Assembly: GCA_965222615.1 (NCBI GenBank)
Contig: CBDCUI010000007.1
Location: 256,001-320,000, forward strand
Reading direction: 5' to 3'
Source of the DNA: Gammaproteobacteria bacterium
GTDB lineage: Bacteria > Pseudomonadota > Gammaproteobacteria > UBA4575
Length of the DNA: 64,000 bases
Each line of letters opens with the position of its first letter. Within the stretch, counting starts at the first letter, position 1. A program made the translations under genes and the position numbers. The notes beneath the pieces are model-generated. The model was given only the letters and a program-made list of their open reading frames with translations, was not told the DNA's origin and did no database searches. Below, in pieces: positions 1 to 10,321 of this stretch.

Positions 1-1
1 T

Positions 2-280
2 GATTTTGAATCATCGAGCTTGCCATCTGCGATTGCCAATTTTCAGGATCGTTTATTTGGCTTATCGATCTCACCACCGCAACTTTGTAAAATTCGTGAA
101 GAAAGAAGACCAAATAGCAAGTATGCTTCGTATGAGCAATGTGTCTATGAAGTTAACAAGGCAGAGTCAATGTTTAATAACTCTCGTACACCTTATATAG
201 ATACTAGTTCAATTTCGATTGAAGAAATTGCCACCACAATTATTCAACGCTTGGGTCTAAAAACTCAGGGTAAATGGTAA
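2..280 (+). CDS. ppsR: PEP synthase regulatory protein (kinase/pyrophosphorylase), C-terminal part; 5' end outside the window
   Basis: LFGLSISPPQLCKIREERRPNSKYAS...DTSSISIEEIATTI matches the PpsR/DUF299 C-terminus. The frame is open from base 2. Confidence 0.85.
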   Translation, partial: DFESSSLPSAIANFQDRLFGLSISPPQLCKIREERRPNSKYASYEQCVYEVNKAESMFNNSRTPYIDTSSISIEEIATTIIQRLGLKTQGKW

Positions 281-635
281 TAAAGGGTCTCGCTACTCAT
301 AACCTCAATGAGTAAGTTTTGCCTCGGCATTACGATGCAAGTAAATCGCACAAACAACAAGCAATAAAGAAACAAAGCTATTGACTTCATTATGCGTATC
401 TAAAATTCCAACATAAAGTGCATTAATAAACTACGGCACATCCTGATCTTCACTTGGCCGCCATTTGGCCTAAAATTTCTCAAAATTCACTTTCCAATCG
501 AATACTCGTTATACAGCCTTGTATTCATAGCGAACGACAATTACTATCGTATCGACCTTGTAGGATTCCAGAATAAATATTACACATAGCGTAGGTTTTT
601 ATACTTAGTCTAACAACCTAAACAAGAGCATCATT

Positions 636-1031
636 ATGGCAAAAGTGATTCATTCTATGATACGTGTTCTTGATGTAGAACGATCAAAAGTTTTTTACGA
701 AAAGGCTTTTAATTTAAAAGAAAAACGCTATCTAGACTTTGACGACTTCGCATTAGTTTATCTGAGCAATGATGAAAATGATTTTGAAATCGAATTAACA
801 CTCAATAAAGGTCAAAAAGAAGTTTACACACATGGTAGTGGCTATGGACATATTGCCGTGTGCGTTGATGATTTAGATGCGGAACATGCACGAATTAAAT
901 CCCTAGGCTATGAGCCGCAAGACATTGTCGCATTCAGCCCTGGTGGCGAACTTTTAGCAAAGTTTTTTTTCATTAAGGATCCAGACGGATATGAAATTGA
1001 AGTTATACAAAGGGACGGAGATTACCAATAA
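636..1031 (+). CDS. VOC family protein (lactoylglutathione lyase-like)
   Basis: HSMIRV, EIELT, GYGHIAV, DPDGYEIE glyoxalase I motifs. Confidence 0.85.
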   Translation: MAKVIHSMIRVLDVERSKVFYEKAFNLKEKRYLDFDDFALVYLSNDENDFEIELTLNKGQKEVYTHGSGYGHIAVCVDDLDAEHARIKSLGYEPQDIVAFSPGGELLAKFFFIKDPDGYEIEVIQRDGDYQ

Positions 1032-1156
1032 AAAAATCCTCACCAAACTAATCAATAGAGGTAAGTGGAGAAGGTATTGTGTGTTAGACCCAGATCTAAC
1101 ACATCGCGAGTTTTTACAGACCAACGGCATTGTATTGATGGGAAAATAGTAGCTAG

Positions 1157-1182
1157 AAAAAACCTCCACAAGGAGGCTTTTT
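1157..1182. terminator. Probable bidirectional intrinsic terminator
   Basis: AAAAAA-CCTCC-ACAA-GGAGG-C-TTTTT between convergent genes. Confidence 0.65.
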
Positions 1183-1201
1183 AATGTTTACACACAAGCA
1201 A

Positions 1202-1630
1202 TCACGCTAATTGCTTTGCTAAATCCTCAAGCACTGCGGCATAAATCGGGTTACAAAAAGCCGTTGCCTCATCACTATCTGTTAAATTTTCCCAGGAAGA
1301 ACGCCATTCAACAAATGTCTTATTCTCGTTAGTAACCGGAACTAAGCGAACATCGGCTAAGTAGTTCTTTAAATCGTTTTTAGAAATAGGTGATGGTCCA
1401 TCATCGATAGAATACTGAAAGCGATATTCGTTTTCATCGAAACCCACTAATGTTTCATATATGCCCTCATTTATTATCCGTTTAGCCCCTACTTCAGTAC
1501 CAGATTTATCTCCAACTGCTTCACATTTTGTGATTACATTTGGCGCCCATGAGAAATCATGAAAGTCCTTTATTGTTTCCCAAACTTTTCCCACTGGTGC
1601 ATCGATTACAATTGAATTAAAACAAGCCAT
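1202..1630 (-). CDS. SRPBCC (polyketide cyclase/MxaD-like) family protein
   Basis: IDAPVGKVWETIKDF...VGAKR...YSIDDGP...TFVEW pattern. Confidence 0.85.
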   Translation of the reverse strand: MACFNSIVIDAPVGKVWETIKDFHDFSWAPNVITKCEAVGDKSGTEVGAKRIINEGIYETLVGFDENEYRFQYSIDDGPSPISKNDLKNYLADVRLVPVTNENKTFVEWRSSWENLTDSDEATAFCNPIYAAVLEDLAKQLA

Positions 1631-1646
1631 ATAACCCTCCTTTTAT

Positions 1647-2240
1647 TTATTTTGATACTAATGAATCCAAAATTACCTCAACAGTTTCCTTTATTTGTTT
1701 TCGACTCATGCCAGCTTTCACCATTGATTTCAATCCACTCATATTACTTACAAGAAAATGTGCTAAAACCTTTGCATCCTTTGTTTTAGGAATCTCATTT
1801 TTTAATTGCGCAATCTTTATGGCGTGTAAAAAAATCTTATTGAAATTATCAACGCTATCTTTCACCAATTTAGCAATTTCAATATCTCTTTGACCAAATT
1901 CATGTGCAGTATTTATTACCAAACAACCTTTTCTAGCAATTTTGTTCTGCGTTTCATCTGCAATACTTAAAAATGTTTCTTGTATAAATGTAAAACCAGA
2001 GGAGGCATTATTTAAGTCATCCTCTAACTTCTTCAGCATTTGCTTCCGGTAATGTTTAATACACTGTTGAAATAAATTTTCTTTACTTGAAAACGTTTGA
2101 TAAAAACTACTTTTCGATAGCTGCATACAAGACAATAAATCCAACAATGAAGTCGCTGCATAACCTTTATGCCAAAACTCATGCATAGCTACATCTAAAG
2201 CAATAGTAGGATCAAACTCAATGGGCCTACCCAATGTCAT
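1647..2240 (-). CDS. TetR/AcrR family regulator (NemR-like)
   Basis: GRP-x-[27 protein letters not shown]. Start moved to ATG 2240 because the longer ORF runs through the operator palindrome. Confidence 0.85.
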   Translation of the reverse strand: MTLGRPIEFDPTIALDVAMHEFWHKGYAATSLLDLLSCMQLSKSSFYQTFSSKENLFQQCIKHYRKQMLKKLEDDLNNASSGFTFIQETFLSIADETQNKIARKGCLVINTAHEFGQRDIEIAKLVKDSVDNFNKIFLHAIKIAQLKNEIPKTKDAKVLAHFLVSNMSGLKSMVKAGMSRKQIKETVEVILDSLVSK

Positions 2241-2270
2241 GACATGAAATTTCCTTGAAAACTCTATTAT

Positions 2271-2284
2271 GGACCGATCGGTCC
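2271..2284. promoter_or_regulatory. TetR (NemR-type) operator palindrome
   Basis: Perfect palindrome GGACCGATCGGTCC about 30 bp upstream of the tetR start, resembling the NemR box TAGACCnnnnGGTCTA. Confidence 0.7.
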
Positions 2285-2415
2285 TAAATTTAAGCATAAA
2301 ATATTCCTAGCAACAAGGGATATTAAAAATCTGCTGAAAAAGGCTGCCTTACTTTAAAGCATAATTGGACTTTGGGACTTGATAGCAAACAAAATAGTTT
2401 TAAACTTTAAACTGT

Positions 2416-2730
2416 TTATAGCTCGCGTTTTTTGTGCTGCATTCTACGCGTACGCATTTCTTGAAACTCCTGTAGTTGCTCTGCGGTTAAAAAAGTTTCT
2501 AGTTGGCTTAAAGTTTCTTGATACTGTTCTTTATGGTATGCACGCATCTTCTCATGTTTGGTCTGCATGACTGTTCGAAATTGTGTTGCTTGTTCATCAT
2601 TTAACTCTAGCTTTTCAATCATTCGGTCGACATGCTTACCATGCTTTCCTCCCGGACATGCAAAAGCCGCTATTGAGATTAATGGGATGCATATTAGTAA
2701 TCCGTACAATAGTTTTTTCATTTCGTTCAC
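2416..2730 (-). CDS. Periplasmic Spy/CpxP-like protein
   Basis: Signal peptide, LELNDEQ and LTAEQ motifs, located downstream of baeSR. Start may be ATG 2721. Confidence 0.7.
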   Translation of the reverse strand: MNEMKKLLYGLLICIPLISIAAFACPGGKHGKHVDRMIEKLELNDEQATQFRTVMQTKHEKMRAYHKEQYQETLSQLETFLTAEQLQEFQEMRTRRMQHKKREL

Positions 2731-2848
2731 CTAAATAGAATTAAATTCTTGACCCAAAGAAGTATAGATATCAATCGTGTAAGAAATATGCATAAAATGT
2801 GATTTGCTGTGAAAATGTGTGGCCCAGATTCTATATTTCAAGTAGCGT

Positions 2849-3517
2849 TTACATTTCAAGCTTATAACCCACTCCATATACAGAACGAATAATATCCTCC
2901 CCATTATTGATACTTGTGAGTTTTTTTCTAAGTTTTTTGATATGACTATCGATAGTTCGATCACTCACTACACGGTGATCATCATAAATCGAATCCATCA
3001 ATTTATTACGCGAATATATATGTCCTGGATCGTCCGCAAGAATTTTTAAAAGTTTAAACTCCACTGCGGTGAGCTCGGTTTGCTGTGTATGGATTCTCGC
3101 GATATGGCGTGATTCATCTAATTGCAATATGGGTTGATTTGACTTATTGATTCCATCTACACGACGTAAAATTGCTTTTATTCGCGCAATTACTTCGCGT
3201 GGGCTAAAGGGTTTGCATATGTAATCATCCGCGCCGAGTTCAAGCCCTAATAAACGATCAACCTCTTCCACTCTAGCAGTGATCATGATAATGGGGACAT
3301 TGGATCGATTGCGAATATCCCTACATATTTCCATGCCATCCTTTCCAGGCAACATTACATCTAATAAAACAATATCTGGCTTAATTTGTTTAAACTTGGT
3401 CAGCGCATTTTCTCCATCATGTTCTATCTCGTATTTAAAACCTGCTTGTCTAATATAATCTGCAAGCAGCTCTGCTACTTTTTGTTCATCCTCAATAATA
3501 AGTACGGTTTGGATCAT
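2849..3517 (-). CDS. baeR: OmpR-family response regulator, BaeR-like
   Basis: REC + winged helix; RLLGLELGADDYICKPFSPREV, DRTIDSHIK, IRSVYGVGY. Confidence 0.85.
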   Translation of the reverse strand: MIQTVLIIEDEQKVAELLADYIRQAGFKYEIEHDGENALTKFKQIKPDIVLLDVMLPGKDGMEICRDIRNRSNVPIIMITARVEEVDRLLGLELGADDYICKPFSPREVIARIKAILRRVDGINKSNQPILQLDESRHIARIHTQQTELTAVEFKLLKILADDPGHIYSRNKLMDSIYDDHRVVSDRTIDSHIKKLRKKLTSINNGEDIIRSVYGVGYKLEM

Positions 3518-3522
3518 GCGTC

Positions 3523-4947
3523 TTATTTGCTAGAATTTTTTGGTAGCGCGATATGAATGTGCAAACCACCAAGTGACGATTGCTTTGCTTCGATGATGCC
3601 TTGATGTGCTGCAACAATATTTTTGCAGATAGATAGCCCTAAACCTGCACCACCGGACTTACGATTACGCGAATTATCCACTCGATAAAGGCGCTCAAAT
3701 AATTTTGGAATGTCGGCAGCAGCTACACCAGGGCTTGAGTCATTAAAATCAATTACTACTTCATCTTTATTTTGCTTTAGCTCAATTTTTAATTTGCCCC
3801 CCTGGTTGGTATGACGTAGCGAGTTTGACAAAAGATTAGCAAACAGCTGATGCAAACGATTTGGATCTGCAAAAACAATTAAACTCGAGCTTAAATTTTC
3901 ATCATAAATTATATCGATATTATTACTTTTAAACTCATCTGCATAAAAATCAATGGCCTCATTCAACACTTCGCCGATATTGATATCCGCCTTTTTATAG
4001 CTCAATGCACCAACATCTGAAAGTGACAATTCATACAAATCATTTACTATAGTTTGAATATGCAAGATTTCAGCATGCAGTGATTCAATCACCTTTGGAG
4101 ACATCTCACGAACTCCATCTTTGATGGCTTCTATTTCCCCACGCAGTATAGTGAGTGGTGTACGTAACTCATGCGAGATATCAGCAATCCATTGTTGTCT
4201 AGATTTCTCGTTTTTTTCTAGCGTAGCTGCCAGTATATTGCATTCATTTGCCAATTGACTTAATTCGTCTTTAGTCGTTATCGAAAAGCGTGTGCCAAAA
4301 TTTCCAGCTGCAAGTGCGCGTGTGCTTGAAACTAATTCTTTTATTGGATTCACAAATCCTCTGGCTAACCAATATGCCATCAGTAGAGAGATTATAAAAA
4401 TCCCCAACGCACTATATTGAATAGTGCGAACTAACTGTTTAGTAAAACTTAAATCTAACTCGTCACGAATCTCAGTAGTCGGATTAAAGCTTAAATAACC
4501 AACAATCATATTGTCCGACATCAGTTCCAGTTCTATCGCATTATCCTTTGCAGACTCACGCCCTATCAGCAATACTCTGTTAGGATTTAATAATCGAATT
4601 CGATGCAGCATACCACCATGAAGTCTCACAGGGTTTTTTCTTTGTGGCTTTGCTTTTTGAAGTGAAGCATCTTGTTGTTTAAAATTACTATGACGCTTTC
4701 TAATCCCTTTAACAAGGAAGTCGCGCCAGGTCTTATGGTTAACTATAAGTGGGTCCCAACTTTTTTCTTTCTGATAAAATTTTTCTAAATCTATTTTGAC
4801 ATCGGCTAAAATTAAATTTTCATGTTCATTTAAATAACTTACAAACCCACGTTCTAATGCCCATTTGCTCAAAAAAACCATGCTTATCAATATAATCAAA
4901 CTTAGTGAAAATATTGCGATAAATAATTTGTGACTGAGCTTATGCAT
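3523..4947 (-). CDS. baeS: Sensor histidine kinase, BaeS-like
   Basis: 2 TM, HAMP, ADISHELRTPL H-box, GGAGLGLSIC G-box, SSLGGL end. Confidence 0.85.
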   Translation of the reverse strand: MHKLSHKLFIAIFSLSLIILISMVFLSKWALERGFVSYLNEHENLILADVKIDLEKFYQKEKSWDPLIVNHKTWRDFLVKGIRKRHSNFKQQDASLQKAKPQRKNPVRLHGGMLHRIRLLNPNRVLLIGRESAKDNAIELELMSDNMIVGYLSFNPTTEIRDELDLSFTKQLVRTIQYSALGIFIISLLMAYWLARGFVNPIKELVSSTRALAAGNFGTRFSITTKDELSQLANECNILAATLEKNEKSRQQWIADISHELRTPLTILRGEIEAIKDGVREMSPKVIESLHAEILHIQTIVNDLYELSLSDVGALSYKKADINIGEVLNEAIDFYADEFKSNNIDIIYDENLSSSLIVFADPNRLHQLFANLLSNSLRHTNQGGKLKIELKQNKDEVVIDFNDSSPGVAAADIPKLFERLYRVDNSRNRKSGGAGLGLSICKNIVAAHQGIIEAKQSSLGGLHIHIALPKNSSK

Positions 4948-5595
4948 AAAGGTGAGAACGTAATTAATCTAGATAAAAAACTATAGCAATCGATTACTCG
5001 ACAAAAGCAGCAAAAATATAGTTTCCTTATTGTTTGCATAAATAATGCTGCTGATTTTGAAATTGAGGTAAATAAAGGTTTGTGCCCCTATATTGATCAC
5101 ACTAAATTCAACCAATACCTGCACCAGATTTTCTATAAAATCAATTTATTTACACTATAAAGAAACTTAAGGATTATTCTCCAATAAGCAGTTCTAAAAA
5201 TTAATTTTATAGCCCTTATTAGCGTTATTGTGGATCGCACCCGGTATTTTCCTGAAACAACTAAATATTGATTATAAATCATGCATTTTCGCCAAATCTG
5301 CTTTGTACGTAGTGCTTTTGATCGTGCATAATAAGCTTTCGGCTAGTATTTATCCGTTGCTTTAGTTTTTTTTATAAGCTTGTTTAAATTTATAACTATC
5401 CGCCAAAAAGAGAATAGAACAATTAAACTTATTGCCTAATAATAAGAATATATATATAAAAATAAATAGTAATTAAGTCGAATCTCTTTTTATAAACAAA
5501 GGTATTCGAACCAAGTAAAATAATATTTATTGCATACTATGTATAGGTATGCAGTTGATTTTAAATTAGCTCATGATTTAGATGGAGGAGTTTTC

Positions 5596-6129
5596 ATGAA
5601 AGCCAATTATTATCTTTCACCGACTTTAAAAAGTACTCAAGAAATTTCAAAAGATTTGCATGGGGTTGGAATCAACGATTGGTTTATTCATGTCATCAGT
5701 AAAGATGAAGCGGGGCTCAATAAACAACACATTCACTCAAGTAACTATTTAGAAACTCTTGATTTACTACGTAATGGTGGCATCGGTGCTTTAATTGGTT
5801 TTATAGCTGGTGTTTTTGCAGCCGGCGCATTGATGTATTTCAAACCGTTTGGTCCCAACATGCCGGAATATGTATATCTTATTGTAATTGTTCTGCTGAC
5901 TTTGTTTGGGACGTGGGAAGGTGGACTTTTTGGCGTTGCGAGTGAAAATAAAAAGCTAGCGCACTTCCGTGACGAATTAGAAAATGGTCAATATTTAATT
6001 TTGATCTATACCGGGAAAAAACAAGAAGCGGCTGTAAAAAATGTAATGGCCGAAAAACATCCTGAAGCTAAATTAGTTGCCACGGATAGACAGTATTTTA
6101 ATCCATTTGGCAGTTTAAAAAGGATATAA
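5596..6129 (+). CDS. Membrane protein (DUF1269-like glycine-zipper), first gene of the oxidase cluster
   Basis: GGAGG RBS before ATG 5596; two Gly-rich TM segments; FGTWEGGL...ELENGQYLIL. Confidence 0.65.
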   Translation: MKANYYLSPTLKSTQEISKDLHGVGINDWFIHVISKDEAGLNKQHIHSSNYLETLDLLRNGGIGALIGFIAGVFAAGALMYFKPFGPNMPEYVYLIVIVLLTLFGTWEGGLFGVASENKKLAHFRDELENGQYLILIYTGKKQEAAVKNVMAEKHPEAKLVATDRQYFNPFGSLKRI

Positions 6130-6201
6130 TCTATGCGCTACATCAGTGCGCCCATTCATAAAAAGAATATAATCTATGCACTACATGAGTGCGCCTATTC
6201 A
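6124..6201. repeat. Tandem duplication, 35-bp core, 43-bp period
   Basis: ATATAATCTATGCGCTACATCAGTGCGCCCATTCA (6124-6158) vs ATATAATCTATGCACTACATGAGTGCGCCTATTCA (6167-6201), 32/35 identical. Confidence 0.9.
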
Positions 6202-6220
6202 CTAAGGAGTTAAAAAAATT

Positions 6221-7120
6221 GTGAGTGCAACTTTAGCAGCTGCTCGTAGCCAATTCTTCGATCTTTTTGAAATATGTAAACCCCGCATCGCACTATTGGT
6301 ATTGGTCACTACTTTCACAGGCATGTGGTTAGCAGGAAATGGCACAGTGGGACTAGAACTCGTAGTTTTCACATTAATTGGTACTGGCCTTGCTTCTGCG
6401 GCAAGCGGTGCATTTAATAATTATGTAGATAGAGAAGTAGACAAACGTATGGCACGGACTCGTACTCGTGCACTACCCTCTTCTCGATTACATCCTCAAC
6501 AAGCTCTATGGTTAGGAGTAATGTTGAGTATGTGGTCCTTTGCAATACTCTTTTATTTAGTTAATCCTTTAACTGCTTATTTAGCTGCCGGCACAACCTT
6601 TTTCTATATTGTAATTTACACAATTTGGTTGAAACGCTCTTCTTCTTTATGCACTGAAGTGGGTGGCATTGCAGGAGCATTACCTCCTGTAATTGGCTGG
6701 GCAGCAGTAAGTAATGAAATTGCTTGGCCCGCCTTAGTGATGTTTTTAATCATGTTTATTTGGCAACCACCCCATTTTTGGGCTTTAGCACTCCTGCGAG
6801 CCGATGAATACCGCCAAGCGAATTTACCTATGTTACCTGTGGTAAGCGGTAAGCGAGCTACAAAATTACGTATGCTGCTATACACAATTGCTTTAATTCC
6901 AGCAAGTACCTCAATGTACTGGCTAGGGCTAGTAGGTCCTGTTTACCTATTTTTGTCGTTAGCCTTAGGTGTTGTGTATTTAATATTGACCATAGACTTT
7001 GCACGTAAGCCTATTACTCACCAAAGCACGCGTAGACTGTTTGGGTTCTCCATTTTGTACTTACTGGGTTTATTTACATTAATCTTTGTAGATTGCCAGT
7101 GTGGAACTGGAATAGTTTGA
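6221..7120 (+). CDS. cyoE: Protoheme IX farnesyltransferase (heme o synthase)
   Basis: KPRI, NNYVDREVDKRMARTRTR, GALPPVIGW, WQPPHFWAL, DEY. Confidence 0.95.
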   Translation: MSATLAAARSQFFDLFEICKPRIALLVLVTTFTGMWLAGNGTVGLELVVFTLIGTGLASAASGAFNNYVDREVDKRMARTRTRALPSSRLHPQQALWLGVMLSMWSFAILFYLVNPLTAYLAAGTTFFYIVIYTIWLKRSSSLCTEVGGIAGALPPVIGWAAVSNEIAWPALVMFLIMFIWQPPHFWALALLRADEYRQANLPMLPVVSGKRATKLRMLLYTIALIPASTSMYWLGLVGPVYLFLSLALGVVYLILTIDFARKPITHQSTRRLFGFSILYLLGLFTLIFVDCQCGTGIV

Positions 7121-7163
7121 TGAATAACAACAAATTTCACCTCACGAATAAGGAGTCTTAGGT

Positions 7164-8516
7164 ATGGCAATTGCCATTATTATAATTTTACTCGTTATTG
7201 GGTCTCTTATTTTTCATTTTATGAGTCCGTGGTACTTCACAGAATTGGCTTCTAACTGGGGCATGATTGATGTAACCGTGTTAATTACATTTATAGTCTG
7301 TGGAATTGTCTTTGTTGCCGTCAATTTATTCTTGGCGTACTGCATTATTAAATTTAGAAATAAAAACAAAGATCAACGTGCTAAATACGAACCGGAAAAT
7401 AAAAAATTAGAAGGCTGGCTCACTATTATCACCGCTATTGGTGTAGTCGCCATGTTAGCACCAGGATTAATTGTCTGGGGCAAATTCGTATCACCACCGG
7501 ATAACGTGGCAATCGTCGAAGCAGTTGGTCAACAATGGCGATGGAGCTTTCGCCTCCCCGGTAAGGACGGAAAACTTGGTACCACCGATACCAAGAAAAT
7601 AAGTATCGATAATCCATTTGGAATGAATGCCGATGATCCGCATGGTCAAGACGACATTTTGATTGCTGGTAGTGAATTACATATACCAGTTGACCAGCCT
7701 GTTAAATTTCTTTTGCGCTCAAAAGATGTACTTCACAATTTCACCGTTCCACAATTTCGCGTGAAGATGGACTTAGTACCGGGAATGGTGACCTGGCAAT
7801 GGCTAACTCCTACCCGCACTGGAACTTTTGATGTTCTCTGTGAAGAACTATGTGGCATTGCTCATCATGCCATGCGTGGCAGAGTGGTAGTGGAAGAAGA
7901 AGAACAATATAAAATCTGGTTATCCCAACAACCAACCTATGCACAATCAGCTGCTCATCAACCAGGTGATGCCGCTGCCGGCAAAACTTTATATCAAGTC
8001 TGCGCTTCATGCCATGGGCTCGAGGGAGAAGGAAATCAAGCATTAAATGCGCCTAAAATCAGTGGCCAAGAAAATTGGTATCTAAAACGTCAACTTACTT
8101 ATTTTAAAGATGGTATTCGTGGCGCAAACCCACAAGATGCCTTTGGGCAGCAAATGGCCCCAATGGTAGCAACTCTGGCGGATGAAACCGCAATGAATGA
8201 TATCGCAGCTTATATCCAAACCTTACCCAATAAGCCTTCTACCCCAACCATAAGTGGTAATGTAGAAAACGGGCGAGACCTTTATGAAACTTGTGGCAAA
8301 TGTCATGGTAAACAGGCAGAGGGGAATTGGGCAGTGAGTGCACCACGTATTGCTGGCATGAGTGACTGGTATTTAGTGACACAACTTAAGAATTTTAAGA
8401 ACGGAATTCGTGGTGCTCATCCTAATGATACAACAGGAAAGCAAATGGGATTGATGGTCCCAGGTTTAAGTGATGAGAAAATCAACGACCTAGTCGCATA
8501 TATCAACACATTGTAA
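7164..8516 (+). CDS. coxB: Cytochrome c oxidase subunit II (CoxM-type) fused to two c-type heme domains
   Basis: QWRW, DVLH, CuA motif CEELCGIAHHAM, then CASCH and CGKCH. Confidence 0.92.
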   Translation: MAIAIIIILLVIGSLIFHFMSPWYFTELASNWGMIDVTVLITFIVCGIVFVAVNLFLAYCIIKFRNKNKDQRAKYEPENKKLEGWLTIITAIGVVAMLAPGLIVWGKFVSPPDNVAIVEAVGQQWRWSFRLPGKDGKLGTTDTKKISIDNPFGMNADDPHGQDDILIAGSELHIPVDQPVKFLLRSKDVLHNFTVPQFRVKMDLVPGMVTWQWLTPTRTGTFDVLCEELCGIAHHAMRGRVVVEEEEQYKIWLSQQPTYAQSAAHQPGDAAAGKTLYQVCASCHGLEGEGNQALNAPKISGQENWYLKRQLTYFKDGIRGANPQDAFGQQMAPMVATLADETAMNDIAAYIQTLPNKPSTPTISGNVENGRDLYETCGKCHGKQAEGNWAVSAPRIAGMSDWYLVTQLKNFKNGIRGAHPNDTTGKQMGLMVPGLSDEKINDLVAYINTL

Positions 8517-8570
8517 AAAAGATATTAGTTTTAATAGTACAGTAGAGAATAGAGTAACGAGGAGATAGTT

Positions 8571-10319
8571 ATGGCACATGTTGCATTAGCCGACAAAGGA
8601 CAAGAACTTGCCCATCCAAAGACTTGGATTGGCATGTATGTTTGGAGCCAAGATCACAAAGTAATCGGCATTCAGTATATTATCACCGCTACACTGGTGG
8701 GGATTATCGGGGTTGTATTATCCGCTTTGATGCGTCTGCAGTTAGGTTATCCTGATGTCTTTGATTTTATACAGCCTAACGAATATTACTCTGCAGTTAC
8801 CTTGCATGGCATGATTATGGTTATCTTCATGCTTACTGCTTTTTTCCTGGGAGGATTTGGCAATCTATTAATTCCGTTGATGTGCGGAGCCAGAGATATG
8901 GCGTTTCCCTATATGAATATGCTCAGTTATTGGGTGTTTTTAGCTTCAGTCATCGTGTTATGTACAAGCTTCTTTGTACCAGGTGGCCCTACTGGTGCGG
9001 GCTGGACCTTATATCCGCCACAAGCTATTTCGGAAGGTACGGCCGGGGCTGGCTGGGGAATTTTACTGATGTTGGGTTCATTGGCATTGTTTATTGTCGC
9101 ATTCACCATGGGTGGCTTGAACTACATAACTACCGCATTTCAAGCGCGCACCCGCGGAATGACATTAATGCGTATGCCGTTATCTGTGTGGGGCATCATC
9201 ATGGCGACCATTTTAGGCTTGTTGGCCTTCCCTGCATTGCTAGTGGCCGCAGTTATGATGTTATTAGATATTCTATTGGGTACGAGTTTCTTTATGCCCG
9301 CCATGACATCACTTGGAGAACAAATGGATACTACGGGTGGTACGCCAATTTTATTCCAGCATTTGTTTTGGTTTTTTGGGCACCCTGAAGTATATATCGT
9401 AGCATTACCTATGTTTGGTATCGCATCAGATTTAATCAGCACACATGCCAGGAAAAATATCTTTGGTTATCGCATGATGGTGTGGGCATTAGTCGCCATT
9501 GGCGGATTAAGCTTCATTGTATGGGCTCATCATATGTATGTCAGCGGTATGAACCCTTACTTTGGTTTCTTTTTTGCTACGACTACATTAATCATTGCCG
9601 TACCCACTGCCATTAAAGTCTACAACTGGGTACTCACTCTTTGGCATGGCAATATTCATCTTACCATTCCAATGATGTTTGCACTTGCTTTCATCTTTAC
9701 CTTTATCCACGGTGGTTTAACGGGCCTGTTTTTAGGCAATGTAGCCGTGGATGTACCACTTTCTGATACCTATTTTGTAATTGGACATTTTCATATGGTC
9801 ATGGGCGTCTCACCCTTCTTGGTAATATTTGGAGGCATTTATCATTGGTTTCCAAAGTTCACTGGACGTATGATGAATGAAACCATGGGTAAGATTCATT
9901 TCTGGGTTACTTTCTTAGGTACGTATGCAGTTTATTTACCTATGCATTATCTTGGCATAATGGGTGTACCGCGTCGTTACTATACATATGGCACGATAGA
10001 AGCCTTTCCAGATTCTGTACAGACTGTGAATACAAGCATCACCATCGCAGCGCTGATCGTTGGGACCGTACAGCTTTTATTTATCATTAATATCGTATGG
10101 AGTTTATTTAATGGCAAAAAGGCTGACAGCAATCCATGGCGTGCAACCACACTAGAATGGCAAACTCCGGACACACCTCCTAAACATGGTAACTGGGGTC
10201 CTGAGCTTCCCGTAGTGTATCGCTGGGCCTATTCTTACAGCGTACCTGGGGCAAAAGAAGACTTCATTCCACAAAATGAAGAACCAAGCGAAAACTCTAG
10301 GCACGAAGTGGAGACTTAG
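8571..10319 (+). CDS. coxA: Cytochrome c oxidase subunit I, A1 type (CoxN-like)
   Basis: DHKVIG, HG, RDMAFP, GWTLYPP, FGHPEVY, WAHHMY, HFH. Confidence 0.95.
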   Translation: MAHVALADKGQELAHPKTWIGMYVWSQDHKVIGIQYIITATLVGIIGVVLSALMRLQLGYPDVFDFIQPNEYYSAVTLHGMIMVIFMLTAFFLGGFGNLLIPLMCGARDMAFPYMNMLSYWVFLASVIVLCTSFFVPGGPTGAGWTLYPPQAISEGTAGAGWGILLMLGSLALFIVAFTMGGLNYITTAFQARTRGMTLMRMPLSVWGIIMATILGLLAFPALLVAAVMMLLDILLGTSFFMPAMTSLGEQMDTTGGTPILFQHLFWFFGHPEVYIVALPMFGIASDLISTHARKNIFGYRMMVWALVAIGGLSFIVWAHHMYVSGMNPYFGFFFATTTLIIAVPTAIKVYNWVLTLWHGNIHLTIPMMFALAFIFTFIHGGLTGLFLGNVAVDVPLSDTYFVIGHFHMVMGVSPFLVIFGGIYHWFPKFTGRMMNETMGKIHFWVTFLGTYAVYLPMHYLGIMGVPRRYYTYGTIEAFPDSVQTVNTSITIAALIVGTVQLLFIINIVWSLFNGKKADSNPWRATTLEWQTPDTPPKHGNWGPELPVVYRWAYSYSVPGAKEDFIPQNEEPSENSRHEVET

Positions 10320-10321
10320 TC

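Noticed and set aside
5268-5282. TTGAT-TATAA-ATCAT as an FNR box for the cox operon
   Set aside because: Spacer is 5 bp instead of 4, in very AT-rich sequence
6124-6201. Repeat pair as a mini-CRISPR or iron-responsive element (CAGTG)
   Set aside because: Only two copies with an 8-bp gap and no cas genes; the bases flanking CAGTGC do not pair and copy 2 lacks the motif
8882-9388. 168-aa alternative-frame ORF and other shadow ORFs (e.g. 9140..9442, 20807..21127, 45072..45515, 54093..54431)
   Set aside because: They lie wholly or almost wholly within confidently identified genes and show no motifs
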